Assembly (NCBI GenBank): GCA_037441385.1
Contig: JBBISH010000095.1
Span: forward strand, 1 to 25,474
Reading direction: 5' to 3'
Length of the DNA stretch: 25,474 nucleotides
From: Myxococcales bacterium
GTDB taxonomy: Bacteria; Myxococcota_A; UBA9042
Below are positions 18,299 through 25,474 of this stretch, piece after piece; position 1 is the first letter of the stretch; each line of letters opens with the position of its first letter. Made by a program: the position numbers and the translations under genes. The notes beneath the pieces were generated by a model, which saw nothing but the letters and a program-made list of their open reading frames with translations, made no database searches and was not told the origin of the DNA.

Positions 18299-18553
18299 CT
18301 ATCCAAAGGTTTCGCGGATCTTGCCGCTGCGGGGGGTGTAGTTCTCTTCGGGATTGGCCAGCAAGCCCTTGAAATTCAGACCACACTTGGGGCAGGTGAC
18401 CTCGATCCAGTCGTCGTCGCCCACCGCGCAGTCCAGATCGGCGCGCTCGCAGACCGGGCAGCGCAGATTGTCGGTGTGGCCCGACGCCGCCGAGGTCAAC
18501 ACGTCCTGCAACATCATCAAAAGTTCTTCATTCTCAAAATCTTGCGGTTTCAT
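18299..18553 (-). CDS. Small zinc-ribbon protein (84 aa)
   Basis: MKPQDFENEELL...CPVC...CPKCG. AGGAGAGG precedes the ATG; fills the gap between flanking genes with 8-nt and 9-nt spacers. Confidence 0.8.
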   Translation of the reverse strand: MKPQDFENEELLMMLQDVLTSAASGHTDNLRCPVCERADLDCAVGDDDWIEVTCPKCGLNFKGLLANPEENYTPRSGKIRETFG

Positions 18554-18561
18554 CGCCTCTC

Positions 18562-20169
18562 CTATGGCACGTCGCAGTTGCCCATTTTGACGTCGCCCGC
18601 GTCGCCGCTGATAGTGTCGCCGCTGACAGTGTCGCCGCTGGTGGTATCGGTGCTGCCGGCATCGCCTACCGGCGGCGGATTCGACATGGCGCAGCCAAAA
18701 TTGAAGGCCAGGGCGCCGCCCACCAGCGCTTTGCATTTTTCTGGACACAGCGTAACCGTGGTCGGCTTCTTGGGATCGTCGTAGAACCAGCCCGACGGCG
18801 CGCCCGCGCAGGCCTCGGGACCGCACAAGTTGGGCAGGGCGACCGCGTTGCCGTTCTCGATGTGTAGGATCTTGACTGCGCTGGGCGTGTAGGCGACGGA
18901 TGGGCCAACCGGAATCTTGTAGGTGCACACAGGCTTGGCGGTGGCGGCTACGGCTTGAGCCAAGGCGTCAAAGGCCGGCGTCCAGTCCTGCTTGCATAGC
19001 TGGAACAAGTAGCCGCCGGTCTGGGTGGCGAGCTCGATGTGCACTTTGGACAGGGTAGCCCCGGTCGAACACTTTGAGGTGGACGCGACGGGATTGGTGT
19101 CGTTGTTGTACGAAACGATACCGTGGTACACGAACTTGGCGGCCCCGGCCGGCTGTAGGGCGTTCCATTGCGCCGTAAAGTTCGCCGCGGTCATCGAGCT
19201 GTTGTCATCGGTGACGGCGATGATGTTCTTGACCGCCTCTGGTCGCAAAAATGCTTTGAAGTCTGGGTAGTACTGAATGAGCTTCAGTAGGCCATCGGTC
19301 GATTGGATGGGCTTCTTGACCACCATGAATTTTGCCGCGTCGGCCGAACTGCACGCGGGTGATCCCGTGCCCAATGGTGGCCCGGCGCACAAGGTGACGC
19401 CGCTTTGGGTGACGCCGACGAGCACCAAGCGGTAGTCGATCTTCTTGTTGGCCACGAACCCGGCAAACTTGCTGATGTTCGTGCTGACCCACTTGGCCTC
19501 CTCGGTCATCGAGCCCGAGGTGTCGACCCAGATGATGATGTCGAGCTTGCCACCTGGGCCGAACGTCTCGGTCACTGAGAGGGAGGCGGTCTTGGGCGCG
19601 CACAGCGGCGGCGTAGCCTGACCGTTCGAGTCGGTGCTGCCGCCCCCGGCGTCCGGCAAGTCGGGCAGGGCATACTCGTCGGGAATCGGGTTGTTGTACC
19701 AGGGGTTGCTGGGGTCCTCGCCGTTGTCGGCCTTGGCATCCTTTACCAGTACAATGTCCTCGGGTTCTGCGTCTTCTTCGGGCGCACCCGCATCCTCGGT
19801 GATTCCAGGGTCGTCTCCTGGGGTTTCGCCCGTATCCTCGCTGGCCTGCACACCAGCGTCGCTGCTGTCGGGGCTGCCCTTGGCCTGACCATCCGGCTCG
19901 GCTGGATTGCCAGAATCATCCGTATTTACAGTGTCATCAGTATCGGAACCGGTCTGGTCCTTGGTCGAGGTGCCAAGGTCTTTGCTGGCGCCCGCGTCGA
20001 TCTTGGCCAGGGTGCCCAGATCGGGGAAGTCGTAGCTGCCTCCGCCTTGGGCGAAATTGGCGTTGCCTTGCGGGGTGGTGCCGCAGCCAAGTGCGGCGAA
20101 CAAAGGCAGCAACCCTGCAAGAACTCTGCAGACAACTGGCGCTGACGTGCGATTGTTGCCTGCGGTCAT
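18562..20169 (-). CDS. Lipoprotein with acidic stalk, vWA domain and Cys-containing C-terminal domain
   Basis: Lipobox FAALG-C; D/E/G-rich linker; LDIIIWVDTSGSM (MIDAS), IIAVTDD, LATQTGG...C..DW; C-terminal GWFYDDP....TLCP..C. Start ATG 20169 or the upstream in-frame ATG at 20190. Confidence 0.85.
   Translation of the reverse strand: MTAGNNRTSAPVVCRVLAGLLPLFAALGCGTTPQGNANFAQGGGSYDFPDLGTLAKIDAGASKDLGTSTKDQTGSDTDDTVNTDDSGNPAEPDGQAKGSPDSSDAGVQASEDTGETPGDDPGITEDAGAPEEDAEPEDIVLVKDAKADNGEDPSNPWYNNPIPDEYALPDLPDAGGGSTDSNGQATPPLCAPKTASLSVTETFGPGGKLDIIIWVDTSGSMTEEAKWVSTNISKFAGFVANKKIDYRLVLVGVTQSGVTLCAGPPLGTGSPACSSADAAKFMVVKKPIQSTDGLLKLIQYYPDFKAFLRPEAVKNIIAVTDDNSSMTAANFTAQWNALQPAGAAKFVYHGIVSYNNDTNPVASTSKCSTGATLSKVHIELATQTGGYLFQLCKQDWTPAFDALAQAVAATAKPVCTYKIPVGPSVAYTPSAVKILHIENGNAVALPNLCGPEACAGAPSGWFYDDPKKPTTVTLCPEKCKALVGGALAFNFGCAMSNPPPVGDAGSTDTTSGDTVSGDTISGDAGDVKMGNCDVP
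18601..18645. repeat. 3 x 15-bp tandem repeat encoding T(T/V/I)SGD in the lipoprotein tail
   Basis: GTCGCCGCTGATAGT / GTCGCCGCTGACAGT / GTCGCCGCTGGTGGT. Confidence 0.8.
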
Positions 20170-20367
20170 CGGCACACCTACCCAACCCATCCAGCGTACG
20201 GGGTTTGTCTTGGCCCCGCAACCGGATTTGCGGCGCAGCGGGCGGCGGACTCACCGCACCGCAAGCGAGATTCCAGCAACCTGGCCGCGAGTCGGCCGCT
20301 GGCGCTTGCCGCGGCGGGCGGCACCTTGCACACTTTGCCGGCCGCCTGGGCTGCGGCCTGGGTCGCC

Positions 20368-21465
20368 ATGGCCACTGTCGCGCCGCCAGCATCGTCCGCT
20401 TCCGCCAAAGTGGGCATTTTGCTGGTCAACACGGGTACGCCCGACTCGCCGTCGACCGCCGACGTGCGCCGCTACCTGCGGCAATTTCTTGGCGATCCGC
20501 GGGTGTTGGACATGCCGGCGCTGGCACGCTGGCTCCTGCTCGAGTTGATCATCCTGCCCACGCGCCCGGCCAAAAGCGCCCACGCTTACCGGGCCATCTG
20601 GACGGAACAGGGTTCGCCGCTGCGGATCCATGGCCACAATCTGGCCCAACTGCTCGAAAGCGAGTTGAGTGGGCAAGCGGTGGTGCGCCTTGCATTCCAG
20701 TACGGAAATCCAAGTATTCCCGGCGCGATCGATGAGCTGGCAGCCCAGGGAATCGATCAGCTGATCGCGGTGCCGCTTTTCCCTCACTATGCCGCCGCTT
20801 CGTACGGGTCGGCGGCGGCGGCGGTGATGGCGGCCGCGAACGAGCGGTGGGTGGTGCCGTGTGTGCACATCGTGCCGCCGTTCTGGCACGCGCCCGAATT
20901 TTTGGACGCCGTGGTCCAAGGTGCCCGCGCGCACATGGTTGAATTCCAGCCGGATCACGTGCTGCTGTCCTATCACGGTGTCCCCGAGCGCCACTGCACG
21001 CGGACCGACACGCAGGGCCAAACCTGCCTGAAGAGCCCAGGTTGCTGCGACGACCTGGGCTTGGCAAATCGCAACTGCTACCGGGCCCAGTGTTTTGCCA
21101 CTTCGCGGGCGCTCATTGGCCAGTTGGAGCTGGATCCGGGACGGGTGACCACGGCCTTTCAGTCGCGGCTGGGCAAGGTGCCGTGGATCCGGCCGTACGC
21201 CGACGAAACGGTGCTCGATCTGGCCAAACAGGGTGTCAAGAAGCTGTTGGTGCTGGAACCCAGTTTCGTCGCGGACTGCTTGGAAACCCTGGAAGAGATT
21301 GGCATCCGCGCCAAGTCGGACTTCGAAGGCGCTGGCGGCAGCGAGCTGCGACTGGTACCTTCGCTCAATTCTTCGAATCTTTGGGTGCGCGGTCTGGCTC
21401 AGATCGTGCGCAGGTCGGCGGCAGGCTGGCTGCCGGGCCCCACGGATTCAGCCCAACCTGGGTAG
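20368..21465 (+). CDS. hemH: Ferrochelatase with internal CX5CCX9CX4C [2Fe-2S]-type motif
   Basis: GILLVNTGTPDSP..VRRYLRQFLGDPRV, SPL, YGNPSI, PLFPHYA, LLSYHGVP, FQSRLGKVPWIRPY, FVADCLETLEEI; CLKSPGCCDDLGLANRNCYRAQC. Start ATG 20368 (TTG 20326 is an alternative). Confidence 0.96.
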   Translation: MATVAPPASSASAKVGILLVNTGTPDSPSTADVRRYLRQFLGDPRVLDMPALARWLLLELIILPTRPAKSAHAYRAIWTEQGSPLRIHGHNLAQLLESELSGQAVVRLAFQYGNPSIPGAIDELAAQGIDQLIAVPLFPHYAAASYGSAAAAVMAAANERWVVPCVHIVPPFWHAPEFLDAVVQGARAHMVEFQPDHVLLSYHGVPERHCTRTDTQGQTCLKSPGCCDDLGLANRNCYRAQCFATSRALIGQLELDPGRVTTAFQSRLGKVPWIRPYADETVLDLAKQGVKKLLVLEPSFVADCLETLEEIGIRAKSDFEGAGGSELRLVPSLNSSNLWVRGLAQIVRRSAAGWLPGPTDSAQPG

Positions 21466-21626
21466 AAAATGCCAAGGGGGGCGCGCCGCCCCCTGCGACC
21501 CCCGCGTACGGCCGTTGCTACGGCCGCCTAGTTCAAATGCCCGATTTTCATGCACACCGGGTGCCGGAGGCATTTGAACTAACTAGCCGACAGACCGCCT
21601 CGGTCTGCCCATTGAGGACTCATCGC

Positions 21627-21911
21627 ATGGAAAACACTCGCATTGCCAGCGCCAAGGCGCATGAACTCGTCCAGGCCGGCGCCAAGCTGCTCGACGTTCG
21701 CTCCCCGGCCGAATTCGCCGGCGGCGCAGTCCCCGGCGCCATCAACGTTCCGGTGCAGGTGATCGCGACGCAGATCGCCAACTTCGCCAAGCCCGAGGAA
21801 ACGCTGGTCATCTACTGCGCCGCCGGTGGCCGCAGCGCCGTGGCGACGCAGATCGTGCGCAGCATGGGCTACGGCAAGGCCTTTGACATGGGCGGCATCG
21901 GCAACTGGTGA
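21627..21911 (+). CDS. Single-domain rhodanese (94 aa)
   Basis: LLDVRSPAEFAGGAVPGAINVP, YCAAGGRS, MGGIGNW. GAGG upstream of ATG 21627. Confidence 0.92.
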   Translation: MENTRIASAKAHELVQAGAKLLDVRSPAEFAGGAVPGAINVPVQVIATQIANFAKPEETLVIYCAAGGRSAVATQIVRSMGYGKAFDMGGIGNW

Positions 21912-21995
21912 AGCGCGGAGCCTGGGTAGCCTACCTACACGCGCGCATGTAAGATCTCTGCCGCGGGCGGTGGGCAGCTCGCACTCCGAGTCATC

Positions 21996-22682
21996 GTGGT
22001 TCAGCATCGAGTCTTTGAAGTCCTTGGAATTGCCGGATTTGCCGGCCTGGAAGTCGTGATCGGCGCGCGCACCCTACCGGTACTGGGTCAGGGGCAAAAC
22101 GCGCTGTGGGCTGCTGGCGCGGTGCTGGCAGGCTTTGTCGCGGCCGACTTCGCTTCGGGCCTGATTCACTGGGGTTTCGATCGCTACGGTAGCCGGACCA
22201 CGCCAGTGCTGGGCCCGAACTTCATTGTGCCGTTCCGCGAGCACCATGTGGACCCCAAGGGCATCACCCGCCACGACTTCATCGAGACCAATGGCAACAA
22301 CTGCATCGCGACGATGCCGGTGCTATTGCCGGTGGCGATGTTGGATCCGTCCGCGGGGCTCGGCTGGATGTTCGCGGCGCTGGTGATGGCTTCGATGTGC
22401 CTGTTCGTCATGGGGACCAACCAGTTCCACAAGTGGGCCCATCAAGACGAGCCGCCAGCGCTGGTCGTGGCGCTGATGAAGGCCCACCTGATCCTGGAAA
22501 CGAAGCACCACGACGTGCACCACACGCCGCCGTTCGACCGCTACTATTGCATCACGTCGGGCTGGCTGAACCCGCTGTTGGACAAGCTGAAGTTCTTTGC
22601 CCGGGCCGAGCGTGCTATCGAGAAGCTGACCGGAATTCGCGCGGGCGAAGACGACGCGAAGGTGGTTGCCAGCGCAAGCTAG
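21996..22682 (+). CDS. carF: CarF/TMEM189 (PEDS1)-family lipid desaturase, probable plasmanylethanolamine desaturase
   Basis: ADFASGLIHWGFDRYGS, PFREHHVDPKGITRHDFIETNGNNC, TNQFHKWAH, HHDVHH.PPF..YYCITSGWLN. GTG 21996 is the earliest in-frame start (in-frame TAG at 21927). Confidence 0.9.
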   Translation: MVQHRVFEVLGIAGFAGLEVVIGARTLPVLGQGQNALWAAGAVLAGFVAADFASGLIHWGFDRYGSRTTPVLGPNFIVPFREHHVDPKGITRHDFIETNGNNCIATMPVLLPVAMLDPSAGLGWMFAALVMASMCLFVMGTNQFHKWAHQDEPPALVVALMKAHLILETKHHDVHHTPPFDRYYCITSGWLNPLLDKLKFFARAERAIEKLTGIRAGEDDAKVVASAS

Positions 22683-22705
22683 ACAAATGAATACTTGACA
22701 ATGAT

Positions 22706-23830
22706 CTAGTTTCCGGAGACGCGAGTTGCTTGCGCGGCGCGGGCCTTGTCGAACCGAATTCGCCACTGCAGCGCCGGCCGCTCTACCGCATAGTACGAGG
22801 CGAGCGCTGCAACAGTGGCCGAGAGCCAGCACCACGGAAAGCTGGAGATCGCCCAACTCGCGCCCGGGTTGATCAGGACTTCCTGCCATAAATACAGCGA
22901 GTAGCTGATGGTGCCGACAAACACCAGCGGCCGGACGTTCATCAAGCGCCCGGCCCACGTGTCCGGATTGCGCACCACGAAGTCGACGCAGGCCGCCGTG
23001 CCGAGCGTGGCGACCGACTGGCCGATCACATAGAACACGCCGGGATGGACAAGGTACACGGCGTTGCCCGCGAGAATCAGCCCCACGGCGACCGGCAAGA
23101 ACCAAGGCGAAGCCTGCAGCCGTCCGTACAGCGCGCTGCGACCCAGTCGGTTGTAGTGCACGGCCAGGAGGCAGCCGGTGGCGAGCACATCGGCGACGAG
23201 CTCGAAGTGGCGGGTCATCGCGGTGGCCGACGCTCCCAGCACGGTCCACGCCAACAGCCGCACCAGGGGCGCCGAGAGCACGACCAGCGCCGCGCCGCGA
23301 AAGGCCCGCGGCAGTCCGGCCAGGACCAACAGGCTGGGCCACAGCAGGTAGAACTGCTCCTCGACCGAGAGCGACCACAGATGGTCCAAAATCCATTGTG
23401 GCTCTGTGTAGTTTTGCGTGTACGTCAAGGCGTGCAGCAAGTCGGCTCGCGGCAGTTGCACGAGCCCCAGGGCCGCCAGCGCGGCGACGACGGCGATGAG
23501 GACGTAGTTGGCCGGCAAGATTCGGAGCGTGCGGCGCCAGTAGAAGCCCCGCAGTCGGACGGTGCCGGTCTTGGCGGCCTCGCCAAGGAGCAGGGTGGTG
23601 ATGAGAAAGCCCGAGATGACAAAGAAGGTGCGCACGCCCACGTTGCCCAGGTGGTAGAACACAAGCATGAATTTTGGTGCGTTGGCCGTCGTTGAACTGT
23701 GACCCAAGACCACGCACAAAATCGAGATGGCCCGCAGACCGTCCAGCGAGGGGATGCGGGCTGGCAACCGCGGGACAAAATCGCTTGCCGGAAGTGGCGG
23801 GGGCGCGCGGGGCGGCGGCTCTGGAATCAT
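22706..23830 (-). CDS. Acyltransferase family 3 (OafA-like) membrane O-acyltransferase
   Basis: SLDGLRAISI..V..H, GV..FFVISGFLIT, FYWRRTLRILP, HLWSLSVEEQFYLLWP, GTISYSLYLW, SYYAVERP. Confidence 0.95.
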   Translation of the reverse strand: MIPEPPPRAPPPLPASDFVPRLPARIPSLDGLRAISILCVVLGHSSTTANAPKFMLVFYHLGNVGVRTFFVISGFLITTLLLGEAAKTGTVRLRGFYWRRTLRILPANYVLIAVVAALAALGLVQLPRADLLHALTYTQNYTEPQWILDHLWSLSVEEQFYLLWPSLLVLAGLPRAFRGAALVVLSAPLVRLLAWTVLGASATAMTRHFELVADVLATGCLLAVHYNRLGRSALYGRLQASPWFLPVAVGLILAGNAVYLVHPGVFYVIGQSVATLGTAACVDFVVRNPDTWAGRLMNVRPLVFVGTISYSLYLWQEVLINPGASWAISSFPWCWLSATVAALASYYAVERPALQWRIRFDKARAAQATRVSGN

Positions 23831-23965
23831 AGGCGGGCACCGTTCCTGTCGCGGCCTTTAGGGTACGTTGGGCAATCGTTGACGACGAGAGTGGGGCCTG
23901 TGGTCGGGCTGGGTGGACCGCCCAGGCCAGGGATCCGGTCCGGGAACTCGCCGCCCAACCGGCGG

Positions 23966-24724
23966 CTAGGCCTGCAAGAACACGATGACCCACACATCGT
24001 AGAGCGCGTGCGTCCAGGCCGCCACGGCGAAGCCGCGGAGCATGAAGAGCGTGCCAAAGAGCATGCCCGCAATCGTGCGGAACACGAACGGCACGATGGC
24101 GAACGGCTCGACGATGTGGTGGGCGGCCGAAAACACCAGCGCGGTGCCCAACATCAGGCCCAAGAGCTGCAGCGACGGCTCGCGCCACTTCGCGCCCAGC
24201 CAGAGCCGTCCGATGAGGCCCATGCCGCCGAGCCGGAACACGAGCTCCTCGTGTAAACCCGCACCGGCGCTCATGACCACGCCCGCGACCACGCCGGTGT
24301 GCTGGGTAAGATTGCCGCTGCGGCTGGCCTGGAGCATGTGCGTCAAGTCCTGCGTCAGGTTGCCGGCCACCGTGCCAACCGCGACGGCATAAACCGCCGC
24401 CTCGGCCAGCACCGCCCAGAACCACTTGGGGGAAAATCGCGTGGTCTTGCTAAGGTGCATGACCAGGAACACGTTTCCGACCGCGAGCAGGCCATAGAAC
24501 CCCAGGTAGGCCAGCCCTTCGGACGGCCCCAGGCTGGCCATCAGGCGGTGAAGGGTAGACGACACGAGATCTGCGCCGTTGCGGGCTTCGGGCACGACCA
24601 GGATGCCGATGCCGTAGCAGACCAAGAGGGGCAGGGTCAGCGCCGCCGCCTGGATGGGTTCCGCCGTCTCGCGCAAGTAGTTGCGCAGGCCTTGCGCTGC
24701 GCCGGTCTTGACGGGTAGTGCCAT
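23966..24724 (-). CDS. CPBP (Abi/CAAX-II) intramembrane glutamic endopeptidase
   Basis: AGLHEELVFR, FSAAHH, HALYD motifs within a multi-TM protein; AAGGAA upstream. Confidence 0.9.
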   Translation of the reverse strand: MALPVKTGAAQGLRNYLRETAEPIQAAALTLPLLVCYGIGILVVPEARNGADLVSSTLHRLMASLGPSEGLAYLGFYGLLAVGNVFLVMHLSKTTRFSPKWFWAVLAEAAVYAVAVGTVAGNLTQDLTHMLQASRSGNLTQHTGVVAGVVMSAGAGLHEELVFRLGGMGLIGRLWLGAKWREPSLQLLGLMLGTALVFSAAHHIVEPFAIVPFVFRTIAGMLFGTLFMLRGFAVAAWTHALYDVWVIVFLQA

Positions 24725-24745
24725 GAATTCCCGTTCCTTGACAGG

Positions 24746-25474
24746 CTAGAGGTGGATGGCATTGCTGCCGTGGAGCGCTTTGTCCAAAAGGTCCGAGTGC
24801 TCTTCGGCGAAACCGCCGGCGTCTTGGTTGAAGCGGTAGGCGATGGCGCGTTCGACGCCGCGGCCACCGACCTCGACGACGTTGAAGCGCGCGAATTCCT
24901 TGCCATCGCGGTGCCACGTCGAGGATCCGCAACCGAGCACCGGAATGTCGCCGAGCGCGCTCTGCAGCTCGGTGTCCAGCTTCTCGTCGTACTCTGCGTC
25001 GCGCCGAGCCCAGCGCTCGGCTTCGCGGTCGCCGCGCGGCAGGTGCCCCTGGTGCGGCTGGTGGGTGTGGCCGTGGAGCACGAGCGAAGCGCCGATGTCG
25101 TGCATCACGGCCGAGAACGCCTTGCGGTCCACCAGGGACGCGACGTGTTCGGCGATGCCCATGCGGTGATGGATGTTGTGGTGTACCAGCACGATGCGGA
25201 CCGTGACCCCTGGGGGTTCGCGGTCCACCTCGCGGCGCAGTTTGTCGAGTTGGGCGCGGCCGACGTGGCCGTAGGCGAGGAACGGCGGCGTGGGCACGGC
25301 GCTCGAGAGGCCGTAGATGCGGACGTGGTCGGCCGGTTTGCGCACAAAGGGGTAGTGCTCGCGGCCGCGGAGGGCGGCGATCTCGGCGTCGTCCGCGTCG
25401 TCGACAAGGTAGTCGCTGAACCACCGCTCGAACCGCTTGTGCCGCAATGAGCCGCGGGTGTAGAGGTCGTGGTT
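24746..25474 (-). CDS. Calcineurin-like metallophosphoesterase (CpdA/Icc-like), 5'-truncated by the window edge
   Basis: The frame runs to the window end and reads NHDLYTRGS (tail of the GNHD motif); also G.VG..QL..L, IVLVHH and LVLHGHTH. Confidence 0.9.
   Translation of the reverse strand, partial: NHDLYTRGSLRHKRFERWFSDYLVDDADDAEIAALRGREHYPFVRKPADHVRIYGLSSAVPTPPFLAYGHVGRAQLDKLRREVDREPPGVTVRIVLVHHNIHHRMGIAEHVASLVDRKAFSAVMHDIGASLVLHGHTHQPHQGHLPRGDREAERWARRDAEYDEKLDTELQSALGDIPVLGCGSSTWHRDGKEFARFNVVEVGGRGVERAIAYRFNQDAGGFAEEHSDLLDKALHGSNAIHL

Noticed and set aside
21042..21626. Long N-terminal extension of the rhodanese ORF
   Set aside because: Overlaps hemH in another frame; RBS and homology begin at ATG 21627.
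22323..25450. Alternative ORFs 22323-24425(-), 24450-25424(-) and 24752-25450(+)
   Set aside because: Off-frame or antisense to motif-supported acyltransferase, CPBP and phosphoesterase genes.

Overview
GC-rich bacterial chromosomal segment; the gene styles (acidic-stalk Cys-rich lipoproteins, a CarF-type desaturase, a ferrochelatase with an internal Cys motif) suggest Myxococcota or a related deltaproteobacterial lineage, by inference only. Left to right: a 5'-truncated transglutaminase-like ORF and a Cys-rich lipoprotein (+); ppdK with an exact in-frame 111-bp tandem duplication, preceded by a gene encoding only the N-terminal half of a PPDK regulatory protein (-); a MoxR/DUF58/Bat-type operon with unusual fusions (Bat accessory protein + RDD; vWA-TPR-4x EPND beta-sandwich; BatD-BatE), interrupted by a REP-like inverted-repeat element (-); a vWA lipoprotein, a zinc-ribbon protein and a YkgJ-like protein (-); hemH, a rhodanese and a carF-like desaturase (+); and an acyltransferase-3, a CPBP protease and a truncated metallophosphoesterase (-). 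No rRNA, tRNA, CRISPR array or transposase was recognised. The best candidates for undescribed biology are the elaborated Bat complex, the half-size PDRP and the hemH-carF linkage.
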